Assembly (NCBI GenBank): GCA_000004985.1
Contig: GG738866.1
Length of the DNA: 64,000 bases
Source of the DNA: Naegleria gruberi
Lineage: Eukaryota
Strand: one strand, 5' to 3'
Position numbers and translations under genes: made by a program. Within the stretch, counting starts at the first letter, position 1, and the number at the start of each line of letters is the position of its first letter. Below the pieces are notes generated by a model that was not told where the DNA came from, searched no databases, and saw only the letters and a list, made by a program, of their open reading frames with translations. Of this stretch, positions 10,937 to 21,095 are shown piece by piece.

Positions 10937-12378
10937 ATGCAACCACACCAATCCTCTTCTCCATCCTCTACCAACACGATGAACAAGGAGAATGAACATT
11001 TTCACTTTCCAACCATGCCTTCCAAGACGCGATCATCTAAAACATCATCACCAACCAACAGCAATACATCACCAACCTCTCAACAAGCCAAACTAAAATC
11101 TGGTCAAAAAGTTTTTCCTTTCCATGTGGCTTATGGTATTTCCCCATCACCATCATTATCAACATCATCAAATACACAAAAACCAAGTGGTATTCCTAAA
11201 GTTGTGCACAATAAGAAGATTTTCAGCACTCCAAGCTCTGCTAAAAGTACCCAAAGAAAAGCTCTGGGCACTTTGAGTAATCAAAAATCTAATCAACTCT
11301 CCAATCTGCAAAATATGCATGCCAACATTACCATTACTCCACCAGAAAAGTTTACTCCTCATCCACCATCACAACCAAGAATTGTTGAAGAAACAAATGA
11401 AATGGTTGATGACGTAGCTGTTGATTCACATACTGTTACTAAGGAAGTTCCAGATGCTGAAATGAAGACTACAGAGTCAACCACTGAACAAACTCAATCT
11501 ACTACAACACAGGAATCATCAACTGGGGCTAAGAAATCTACATGGAAACTCCAAGATTTTGAAATTGGAAACTATCTTGGAAAGGGTAAATTTGGACAAG
11601 TATACCTTGCAAGAGAAAAGAGAACAAAATATATTGTAGCATTAAAGGTTCTAGATAAAGAACAATTAAAGAGAGAAGGTGTAGAACATCAAATCAGAAG
11701 AGAAATTGAAATTCAATCCCATCTCAGACACAAGAACATTTTGAGATTATATGGCTATTTCTATGATAGGCAAAAGGTATATTTGATTTTGGAATACGCA
11801 GCTGGAGGTGAATTATACAAACAATTACAAGAATGTAAACGTTTTTCTGAACCAGAAGCAGCTAGATACATTACAGGACTTGCCAAAGCTCTCAAATATT
11901 GTCATGACAGAAATGTCATTCACCGTGATAGTAAGTTTTCAATATTTCCAAGCAAAACAATTAACAAATACTAGTCAAACCTGAGAATTTATTGATGGAC
12001 TCAAATCATGATGTAAAAATTGCTGATTTTGGTTGGAGTGTTCATGCACCAACCACAAGAAGAACAACACTTTGTGGAACTTTGGATTATTTACCTCCTG
12101 AAATGGTTGAAGGAAGAGAACATGATTCAACAGTTGACTTGTGGTGTTTGGGAGTATTGTGTTATGAATTCTTAGTTGGTGAACCACCATTCATGGCTCC
12201 AACACAAGAAGAAACATTTAAGAAAATTAAGGATGTTGATTTACGATTCCCACCTTTCGTTTCTATTGATGCTCAAGATTTAATCAGTAGATTACTTGTC
12301 AAGGATACTTTGCAAAGAATGTCATTGACAGAATTATTTGAACATCCGTGGATTGTTAATAATTGCCCCGCCCAATAA
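10937..12378 (+). CDS. Aurora-family Ser/Thr kinase. Exons are 10937..11930 and 11975..12378, with a 44-nt intron (11931..11974).
   Basis: The kinase domain reads [14 protein letters not shown]...HRD|IKPENLL...DFGWSVH...[10 protein letters not shown], rebuilt across a GTAAGT...ACTAG intron (phase 1). The activation loop and C-terminal region are Aurora-like. The N-terminus is an S/T/P-rich extension. Confidence 0.85.
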
Positions 12379-12420
12379 ATTGTTTTTCTTTTTAATTAAA
12401 TTATTAATAATTTAAAAAAA

Positions 12421-13789
12421 ATGACCACTAGCAAACAGTTTACGTTGCCATCAACGCCTTCTCTGGCATATTTTGAGTGCCTTCTTGATTCTTTTCCGGA
12501 TGCAATTTTGAATACTATTGTGGATATAACAAAAGGAACAGATTCCAATTTTGATCAATACGAATCTGAAAAATATGTTGTGGTTAACAGAATTATTAAA
12601 CACTCCGTTAGAGCTGGTAGGTTTACAAAAAACTAATAATTTTAATGTGATTTTAGGATTTCGTATTTTTTCCCACTCTCTTGATAACGAAATGCTAAAC
12701 ACACTAATCCATATTTATAGACCATATCTAGAATCACGACATTCCAAAGCACAATTGGAATCAAGATATTTGATATTTAAGAAAGAAATAGTTTCAGATA
12801 TTTGGTGTCTGTTAGGTTTTGATAGATTTCTTCAAAATTTACCAATAGAAATAATTCACAAATTGTGTGAAGCTTTTGGATTTACTGAGGATGTAAATGA
12901 TAAAGAAAGTTTAGAGCTAGCACTTAAAGAGGAGATATTGATTATCGGATTTTGCGAAATTATTCGCAAACAAGAGTTAAAAATTCTTAATGCAGCTCTC
13001 ACATCTGTTAGAGAAAATTTTAAATCATTATTTGATCAATATCCATTTTTTGAGGATTCGTATTGTGTTTCAGATTATTTTGATGAGCAAGCGTATGCTT
13101 TATTCTTTCTTTCATTCAGTTTTCCTCATATAAGAAAGGAATTTATTGATTATATTCAAAACTCTGAGCAAATACTGAAAAAGCTTAATAATAGATCATT
13201 GAAGAAAATTCAAGCCCTCTCATTTACCAATGGTCAATCAGAAGAATTGGTAACATCATCTGAAAAGGATGTCCTTCAATTACTTGCAAAAAATCACACA
13301 AAGCAAGACAAAAATACAGAGAAGGGTGTCAAGGAAGAAAAAAATACAAAGAAAGAGAAAAATGATAAGAAACAAGAAAAATCAGCGGAGAAGCATGAAA
13401 AAGAAAAGAAAGTCAATAATATTAGTGAGCCATCTGTGTCAACTATCCCAACTAAAACCTCCAACAGAAACGATAGTAAACCTTTTGCCTCACCTAATGA
13501 AAAGAGTTCAGACGAGGATTCAGAAGAAACCTCAAACGAACCAACCTTTCCATCAAGTAAAGGAAGGGTTAAAATTGAAAAGGGTGTAACAGCAACTGAA
13601 ATTTACACCAACTATTCAGCCAAAGAGATTTATGATATTTGTAAACTATTGAAAATCAAACTTGCAGGTAACAGTACTGAGCGAACAAGACGAATTGTTA
13701 AATTCCTAAATGATGGAATAGTAGAAGCTAAACGTAAGAGAAAACGCAGTGCATCCTCCAAATATGCATCCTCCAAAAAATCAAAATAA
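12421..13789 (+). CDS. Lys/Glu-rich nuclear protein with a C-terminal SAP/DEK-C-like helix-loop-helix. Exons are 12421..12616 and 12657..13789, with a 40-nt intron (12617..12656).
   Basis: The intron reads GTAGGT...TTTTAG (phase 1) and joins ...HSVRAG to FRIFSHSLDNEML. The C-terminus reads ATEIYTNYSAKEIYDICKLLKIKLAGNSTERTRRIVKFL, followed by a KRKRKR tail. Assigning this to a domain family is tentative. Confidence 0.45.
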
Positions 13790-13830
13790 ATTATTAACAC
13801 TCCAAATTGATTTACCAACTTTACAAAAAA

Positions 13831-15273
13831 ATGTTAAAACGCCCTGCAGCATCAATTCTAAATTTGAAACGAAGCTTTATCTTCAAATCCCTACCAGCAC
13901 TTCACTACTCAATTACGAATTTTAAAATGAACTTGCAAATATCAAATCCCAACTTGAACCAATTCATTTCCGAAGAGGTTCCTTCAAGTTCATGCTTACT
14001 AGCCAGTGATCTTCACACGAAGCAGCATAATATTAATGATAATAATTTTATTATAAATACAACAACAGCAGAGAGTGATGAACTTCCGAATATTCTTTCA
14101 AAATTAAAAAAAATGAAACAATTGATATTTTTGGGTACAAGTTCTGGTGTGCCAACACCTTTGAGAAATGTCAGCAGTTGTGGTTTGCAATTGGATAACG
14201 GAGAAGTTTATTTGATTGATTCCGGAGAAGGAACACAACAGCAATTACAAGTATGTTTATAATTTATTGATCATGATGCTAATTGATTGCTATACCAATA
14301 TATGAAAAGTATTTTGAAATCTGGTAAAATTACAAGAATATTCATTACCCATTTGCATGGTGATCACTGTTATGGATTGCCTGGACTTTTGTGTACATTA
14401 TCCGGAAATAATCCTGTAACTAGAACTATTCTTCCGATTGTTGGACCTGTTGGATTGAAGAATTTCCTTCGTCAAACACTTTCATTGAGTGATGCCCATT
14501 TGAATTTCAGATTGGATATTCATGAAATTGTTCCACCAGAAATGACAGAAGAACAAGTTAAAAAGTATGATGAACAATGCATTGCTCCACTTGCTTGTGA
14601 ATATGATAGTGAAAATTGTTCAGAACCACCAAAGAGTGCAGGATCTTTTATTTATTTGAATAAGGAAACAAATTCTTACCCAGTTTTTGATTTGACTCAA
14701 ACTGATGCTGGATTGACTGTTCAAGCTGCACCAATTTTGCATCGAGTTTTCTGTGTTGGGTATGTGTTTACTGAAAATGACAAACCTGGTAAATTGGACA
14801 TGGAAAAGTGTAAACAACTTGGAGTTCCTAAAGGACCAATGCTTGGAAAAATTAAGAATGGCCAAACAATTACTTTGGATAATGGAACTGTTATCAAACC
14901 AGAAGACGTTGTTGGACCAACTATTAAGGGTAAAAAGTTAGTAATGCTTGGAGATACTCATAATCCTGAAGGAATTGCCACAATTGCTAGGGATTGCACT
15001 CTTTTGGTTCACGAAAGTACCTTGGAGGATAACATGAAAGAACTTGCAATTGATCGTGGACATTCTGTACCGTCAATGGCTGCTAATTTTGCGATCTCAA
15101 TCAATGCAGCTCGTTTAATTCTTACCCATTTCTCTGCTCGTTACGTTGACGAAAACAAACCAGAAAGTGAATTACACGAAAACGAAGTATCAGTCTCTCT
15201 CTTGAGAAAGCAAGCTCAACAAGTATTTGCCAATGTAGAGTTGGCTTCTGATTTTGCTGTCTTTACCATTTAA
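13831..15273 (+). CDS. Short-form RNase Z (ELAC1-type tRNA 3' endonuclease). The exon junction near 14251..14312 does not close in phase.
   Basis: The first part reads [13 protein letters not shown]...[14 protein letters not shown], and the second reads [28 protein letters not shown] (HxHxDH). Aligning to ELAC1 gives [19 protein letters not shown]. The likely start is the ATG at 13831 after an A-rich context, since the ORF track used a TTG start at 13807. Confidence 0.7.
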
Positions 15274-15351
15274 AGAATCTAAAATAAAATTAATTTATTC
15301 ACAAGTTTCATTTCTTTATTTACAATATTTACACTTAGTTGAACTTAATGC

Positions 15352-16048
15352 TTAGAGAGTTTTGGCCAAATACAAACTCCAGAAGAAACCAATAATGTTG
15401 AAGAAGAGTACAACAAGGTCTGGAGGGCTAGAACTCAAAACAACAATAGTAGCAAGTGGCCAAAGCATATAACCTGATTTCAAAGTGGTATAGAAATCAC
15501 GTTTCAAGTTGGCCAAAGCCTTATCTACCACAAAAGCTCTTGATTCAACAAAGGCCAAAACAACAATATAAAAAGCATTGATGAATGGAGCATAAACAGC
15601 TTGATCAATTAAGGTAGGAACCAATGCAAACTTTTCAATGGTTGGGTTGCAAACGATTGGTCTCAACGATTTGATTTCCTTCAAATAATCCATAATATTA
15701 TCCAAAAAACCATACCAAAAGTGAGAACAAGCAGAGCTGCATCCTCCTGTAATTGTAAAATTAATAACTGAATTCCAATCAATTTCTGTCTTTTTCTTGA
15801 TAAACTTTTGGCTTACAATATTAGCAATAAAAGTAATAAGAGCAGCTGTAATTGATTTAACTGCGACTGGTGGGTACTTTTCCATTAACATTTTGTAAAA
15901 ATTCAATATTTTCTTTAATTGATCGGCAAGAGAGTTTGACTTTCTACGAGAAGGATCACCTTTAATAATATTAATTCGGGTTCTCTTTTCTTCTCCTTTA
16001 CCCTCTGATTTAATATCAATAACATCCGTTTGATCGTCTTGACTCATT
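15352..16048 (-). CDS. Mpv17/PMP22-family membrane protein (peroxisomal or mitochondrial inner-membrane type).
   Basis: It is about 230 aa with four predicted TM segments. The match to Mpv17/PMP22 is spread along the protein, including YLKEIKSLRPIV, AVYAPFINAFY, GFFWSLYLA and MLWPLATIVVL. The likely start is MSQDDQ after an A-rich context. Confidence 0.65.
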
Positions 16049-16163
16049 TTTTTATTATTAATTTTTAAATAAAAAACCAAAGTACTAGAAGGCGCCAATA
16101 CGTAATTTCCTTACTAGAAGGTTTTGATTTTCAAACATTTTGACAAGTTGAGTACCTACCTTC

Positions 16164-17537
16164 TTACAATATTTTCTTTTCCGAAATTACTTTCTTTCTA
16201 GCACAAAAGAAGACACAATCATAAACTGTTTGTCTCATGATTTTTCTTGTGTTTCCAAATGATGAAATGTAGGTGTTCTTAATATTGACCTTTTCATTTA
16301 CAATTTCAAATCCCATTCCCTCCATTACTGATTTAATTTCCTCATAAGTTAATTCAATAGAAAATCCATTATCTCCCATTTCATGATAATGCCACAATAA
16401 TGGTCCCAAATTAATCCAATATCCTCCCTCTTTCAATGAATGAAATATAGTGTTAAGGTAATCAAAAATATTTTTAGCAGTGTCAATAAAGAAGCAAGTT
16501 GCAATACAGTCCCAAGATTCCTTCTGCGATTCATTCTTGTATACGTCCACAAAATCACCAGCAACCATTGAAAAATCTACACCCTCTTTTAATTCTAATC
16601 CAGGATGTACATCTGGTATATTGAAAGAATAGAGCTGATCCGTCCTAGAATAGAGATCAGTAAGATGTGTAACGAATGGATAAATTTGAAATTGTTCTAT
16701 TCTTCTCTGATTGTTTTCTTCAAATATTTTGTAAGGATGATTCAAAATAAAATTACTAGCTAGCAACATTTGAAATGAGAATTCATTACCTTGACTGGCA
16801 TATCCCAATCTAGCAATTTCCCATGTCAAACGGCCGAGACCAGCTCCAGGAGTGAGCACTCGATACTTGTTAGTTTCTCCAAAAAGAGGAAGTACTCTTT
16901 GCAATTCATCGATTATGAGTTGGTAACTTTCATTTCTTTCGAATGCACCTTCTGCACTCCAGTCTCTAGCAAACTGTTTGACAGTTGAAGATACCTTATC
17001 ATAATCCTCAGATGATAAAATACTTTCAATATCATCATTTCTAAATTGATATGCTGGAATGTCAACCTCCATTACTCTTGGCCTCATATCAAGAGCAATA
17101 CTTGATGCATCATTACTCTCCAGAGGTTTATCATTAATTTGTTGTTCCGAAAATCCAAGAGAATGAGAGTCCAATATTTTCAATATCAAATTGTCATAAT
17201 TTTTCTGGATGGCTTCCTTCATTTGTCTGAATTTTTCAAAATGGTCCGGTAATACTGTTTTTACGTCAGTATAGGCTTTACTATTTCCCAAATTTTGATT
17301 CCAAACTTGTCTGAAAAATTGAATTTTCCTATCAAAATACTTGAAATAATACTTTTCATATCTTGAGAAGGCTATCAAAACTTTGGAAAAAACAAAATCT
17401 TCACTTTCCAAATCCTCTTGCATTAATTCCTCATTCGACATGATAATAGAGCCGGGTATCCATCTCGAATGTTGATTGTGTTCTTCACTTTCCGAACCTT
17501 CTGCATGATGGTGAGAATCACAACAATGATGAGACAT
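16164..17537 (-). CDS. N2227-like methyltransferase of the carnosine N-methyltransferase (CARNMT1/YNL092W) family.
   Basis: Conserved blocks are present: RVLTPGAGLGRLTWEIARLGYASQGNEFSFQML (SAM-binding motif I), WDCIATCFFIDTAKNI and YWINLGPLLWHY. Confidence 0.75.
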   Translation of the reverse strand: MSHHCCDSHHHAEGSESEEHNQHSRWIPGSIIMSNEELMQEDLESEDFVFSKVLIAFSRYEKYYFKYFDRKIQFFRQVWNQNLGNSKAYTDVKTVLPDHFEKFRQMKEAIQKNYDNLILKILDSHSLGFSEQQINDKPLESNDASSIALDMRPRVMEVDIPAYQFRNDDIESILSSEDYDKVSSTVKQFARDWSAEGAFERNESYQLIIDELQRVLPLFGETNKYRVLTPGAGLGRLTWEIARLGYASQGNEFSFQMLLASNFILNHPYKIFEENNQRRIEQFQIYPFVTHLTDLYSRTDQLYSFNIPDVHPGLELKEGVDFSMVAGDFVDVYKNESQKESWDCIATCFFIDTAKNIFDYLNTIFHSLKEGGYWINLGPLLWHYHEMGDNGFSIELTYEEIKSVMEGMGFEIVNEKVNIKNTYISSFGNTRKIMRQTVYDCVFFCARKKVISEKKIL

Positions 17538-17723
17538 TTTTTGTTACTTTTCAAACCCATAATCTCCAATATTTTAAAAATAAAAATGATAAAGGAGCTT
17601 GCACTGTAATGGGGTCGAGCTTAAGCTGATGATACAATCTTTGCAACCGACTGTTGAAGGACGATACTCTTAGCAATATGGATCAACCATCTGATCAAGA
17701 GAAAGAATTTTAATTTTTAAAAA

Positions 17724-18896
17724 ATGATTAAACGGAAGTGTTTGAAGGAGGAGGCTAGCATTGTTTGGAACGAGAGAATAGAAGAAAGAAGATTGCAAAT
17801 ATTGAAAAAACGATTATTGTTGAAGGAACAAATTTTGGAGGAAATTAGAGAAAGTGGGGATGAGGAATTGGAAATGTCGGGAAGTAAAAAGAAAAAGCCT
17901 TTGGAAAAAACTATCACAAAGTTTGTTAAAAAGCATAGACTTTTGCCTTTGATGCAAGAGGAGTATTTACTTCCGAATGATGAATTTACTTGTGAAACTG
18001 ATGACCAAATGCTACGATTAGTATTTGATAAGAATAACTGGAATGAAAATGACTGGTATTTGTTGTATAGGCCACAAGGGAGGAGAGTATTGGTAATATC
18101 TAACAATATGTATACATTTGTTGTGGAAATGAAAGCTAAAGAGAATAATTTATTTATCAAAAAATATCTTTCAGTTTTACAAAGTATTGGAGGAAAACGT
18201 CAGTCTTTTACAATATTAGATGCTATTTTATACGAAACTAATGAAGAGAAGAAGCTTTATATACTTGATCTAATTGCTTGGAATGGGCATTATTTTAGCT
18301 CTAACCCAGCCGAGTTTAGATTTTATTGGCTCACCCAAAAATGGAGGGAGGATCTCAACGACAATATGTACACTAAAGATCAGATAGATATGGAGCTTTG
18401 TGAAAGGATTTCCCTCAACGAATTTTTTGCCAATGTTGACAAATACCATCCAAATTATGAAACAGATGGTCTATATCTTTATCATAAGGAAGGGGATTAC
18501 GTTCATGAGACCTCTCCTTTCTTATTAGTATTTAGAACTTTTAATAATTGCACGTATTTGAAAGAGTTAATGCAATCAGGAATATTCACATTCAAAATGA
18601 TGTATGAAAAGCATGATTCACTGGCAAGTATTAAAATTGGCCAATTAGAAGTTAAGGTTGGAGTTTTACCTCATATTGAAACTAAATCTGTTGTAAAAGT
18701 TAAATTAAGGCTAAAACAAAATGTTATGGTAGATGATGATATTCAATCGGATAATTTTGAAATTATTTCTATTGAAGAGGATCCACTTTTTAAAATAATT
18801 GGAAAAGGAGAAGGGGAAAGCTATTGTGATACTTTTGGAAAAGTGCTTTTTTACTTATCTATTCAAAATTTACAAAATGATGCAATGATACTTTAA
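17724..18896 (+). CDS. Snurportin-1-like m3G-cap snRNP import adaptor.
   Basis: The N-terminus resembles an IBB domain, with basic and acidic residues (RRLQILKKRLLLKEQ). Cap-binding domain blocks are present: FTILDAILYE...LYILDLIAWNGHYF, FRFYWLTQKW and ETDGLYLYHKEGDY. Confidence 0.7.
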   Translation: MIKRKCLKEEASIVWNERIEERRLQILKKRLLLKEQILEEIRESGDEELEMSGSKKKKPLEKTITKFVKKHRLLPLMQEEYLLPNDEFTCETDDQMLRLVFDKNNWNENDWYLLYRPQGRRVLVISNNMYTFVVEMKAKENNLFIKKYLSVLQSIGGKRQSFTILDAILYETNEEKKLYILDLIAWNGHYFSSNPAEFRFYWLTQKWREDLNDNMYTKDQIDMELCERISLNEFFANVDKYHPNYETDGLYLYHKEGDYVHETSPFLLVFRTFNNCTYLKELMQSGIFTFKMMYEKHDSLASIKIGQLEVKVGVLPHIETKSVVKVKLRLKQNVMVDDDIQSDNFEIISIEEDPLFKIIGKGEGESYCDTFGKVLFYLSIQNLQNDAMIL

Positions 18897-20805
18897 GCAA
18901 ACGTTCCTATTTCCATATCCTCACTAACCTCTGACATGTCGATAACATTTGCCATATCATATTGTGAACTCTCTTCTTGAACGGGCACTCCTTCATCAAC
19001 TTGGGAAATATCTCTCGGAATTGGTAGATTAGCAATTTCAGTCAACCACTTTTCATTATAGAGGAAATATTTTTTCCTCTTAATGATATCTGTCCACTGA
19101 CCATCACATTCACAAATTATATCAAGCATCATATCAGATGTTGAGGCAATTTGTTCATTCTCGTCTTGATATAACTCTATAATAACCTTGATAATATGGT
19201 GCTGACTCATTAAACCTTCCCTTGTTGGTCCAAATAAAAGCATCTTGTAGAATGTGTACATGGTTTGTAAAACTATTTCATCATCTTCTTGTTTTTCAAT
19301 AAATATATTACATAAGGTAATTATCATTGGAGAATTGGCTACTAAAGCTGCTGATTCATCATCAGAAATTGCATTACCAAGAAGAATAATTGATTCTAAC
19401 AGAATATCATCATCTTTGTCGCCTTCCACATTGGTTAACGAGTTAACAAGGCTGCTTCTTGTTTTTACCCCCTTTTTCAAGAAATTGAATAAGAAAGCAA
19501 CCAAATCAAATTGTTTGAATAGCTGAGAAAATGAAATAACATTCGAGTTACTCATATTTCCCAACATACCCAGTAATTCTACAACCAATTCATCATTTTC
19601 CGCCTTAGAACAAATACCTAGGATGTCATTTACAAATGGCTTGAATTGAATAGCCAGTTGAGTATGCTGAGAAATATTTCTAATCATCTTGGCTAAGAAA
19701 GGATCTCTTGTCCTCACCAATCTCTCCAATAATCTTGTAAGACCATTATTGTGCAAACACATTTTAACAGCCAATTGTTCTTGAAGTGTAACATTGATGG
19801 CTAAGGCAATTAATTCCTTGCTGACTCTTGTACCAGGATATTCTGCAACAAATTCCAAAAGAATAAATGGGAGAGTATCAGAGGAAATTCTCAATTTTGA
19901 AAATTCTTCATCTTGACTCAATTGATACAACAGCTTTACACAGTATTCAAAGTGGTCTGGGAACCGAAGTAACTCTATGAATTTAGGAACCAAAGGAATG
20001 ACATCCTTTCTTAATTGAGGATCGAAGGTAACATTGACAATCAATCTCATACTTTCATTCAACAAAATAATGTTGTCATATTGGAAAATATCTTCAAATT
20101 TAAACATAAGTCCAGCGTCCAACATTTCCCTTCTGTTTTCTTGGAATATACTAAGTTTCCTCAAAAATGTTACTAGAACACAAAGCAGTTCAGGGTTTTC
20201 ACTATCTAGAGCATTGACCAAGTTTGGAATCAATCCTCTCTTCTTCATTTTGGATTCTATGTCAATGTTCTCTGCTAAATTCAATAAAATTCTAAAGCAA
20301 ACATAAAGAAGATTCTCTTGTTTGGTTATCATACCTCCAACTTTCTTATTTTCATTCTTATTTTCCTTCTTCTTTAACATTTTTTCTCTTCTTTTTTCCT
20401 CATAGGCAATTGCTTCCATCACTACAACTCCAACCTTGAATTTGGTGATTATTTCATGAAATTGAGAAAAATGGGAAAAACTATAAAACACATAGAGTAT
20501 ATTAATCATCAAGTCCATACTCTTTTTTCCTTCCTCCCTCAATGTTCTTCCGAGTAAGTTTAATAATTGTTCTATTTCGTTGTTCCACCTCAACTAATTC
20601 CTAATGTTATTTACTTACCATGAGACACTAGGTACTGTAAATTCACTGGATTTTTCGAGAGCATCATTATATAATAAGATGCCTTGACCTTAGGAGTCAA
20701 ATCACCATGCTCATAAAACATTTCGAGATACCTATCTAGTTGATCGATAGAAATGTATTCCTCTCCCGGGTTGTTGTTTGATGAGGCGCTTTGTACCCTA
20801 CTCAT
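18893..20805 (-). CDS. Kinesin-associated protein 3 (KAP3/KIFAP3), the accessory subunit of heterotrimeric kinesin-II and an armadillo-repeat protein. Exons are 20620..20805 and 18893..20571, with a 48-nt intron (20572..20619).
   Basis: Exon 1 ends ...PVNLQYLVSHG. Splicing GTAAGT...GAAATAG (phase 1) gives ...G-E-QLLNLLGRTLREEGKKSMDLMINILYVFYSFSHFSQFH, matching human KIFAP3 ...[41 protein letters not shown]. The block AKMIRNISQH is also conserved. Confidence 0.8.
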
Positions 20806-21095
20806 TTTTTATTGGAAGTACTTGTAATTACTCGTGAATAACTGTTTGGCGGGATTCATCAACAGACATAAGAAATCCAAATTGGTGGTAGTTTAGTTCT
20901 TCTTCAGCTCACAATGACCCTCCACAGAGATAACATTCACTCATATTGAGAAGAGAGCAACTTGTAAAAACAGGATGAATGTTTCTCACCCTTCGTTCTA
21001 CTCATAAACGAACATGCAACACTTATGAAGTTGATTGTATTTCCTTTTGTTGTCAAAAAAGCGCCAAAGTCTACAATAAATAAAACCTTAAAAAA
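20806..21095. promoter_or_regulatory. Divergent promoter shared by KAP3 (minus strand) and the KATNIP-like gene (plus strand). It contains a GCGCCAAA (E2F-like) element at 21061..21068.
   Basis: This is a 290-bp head-to-head spacer between two cilium-related genes. The motif lies about 30 nt upstream of the KATNIP ATG. Confidence 0.4.
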
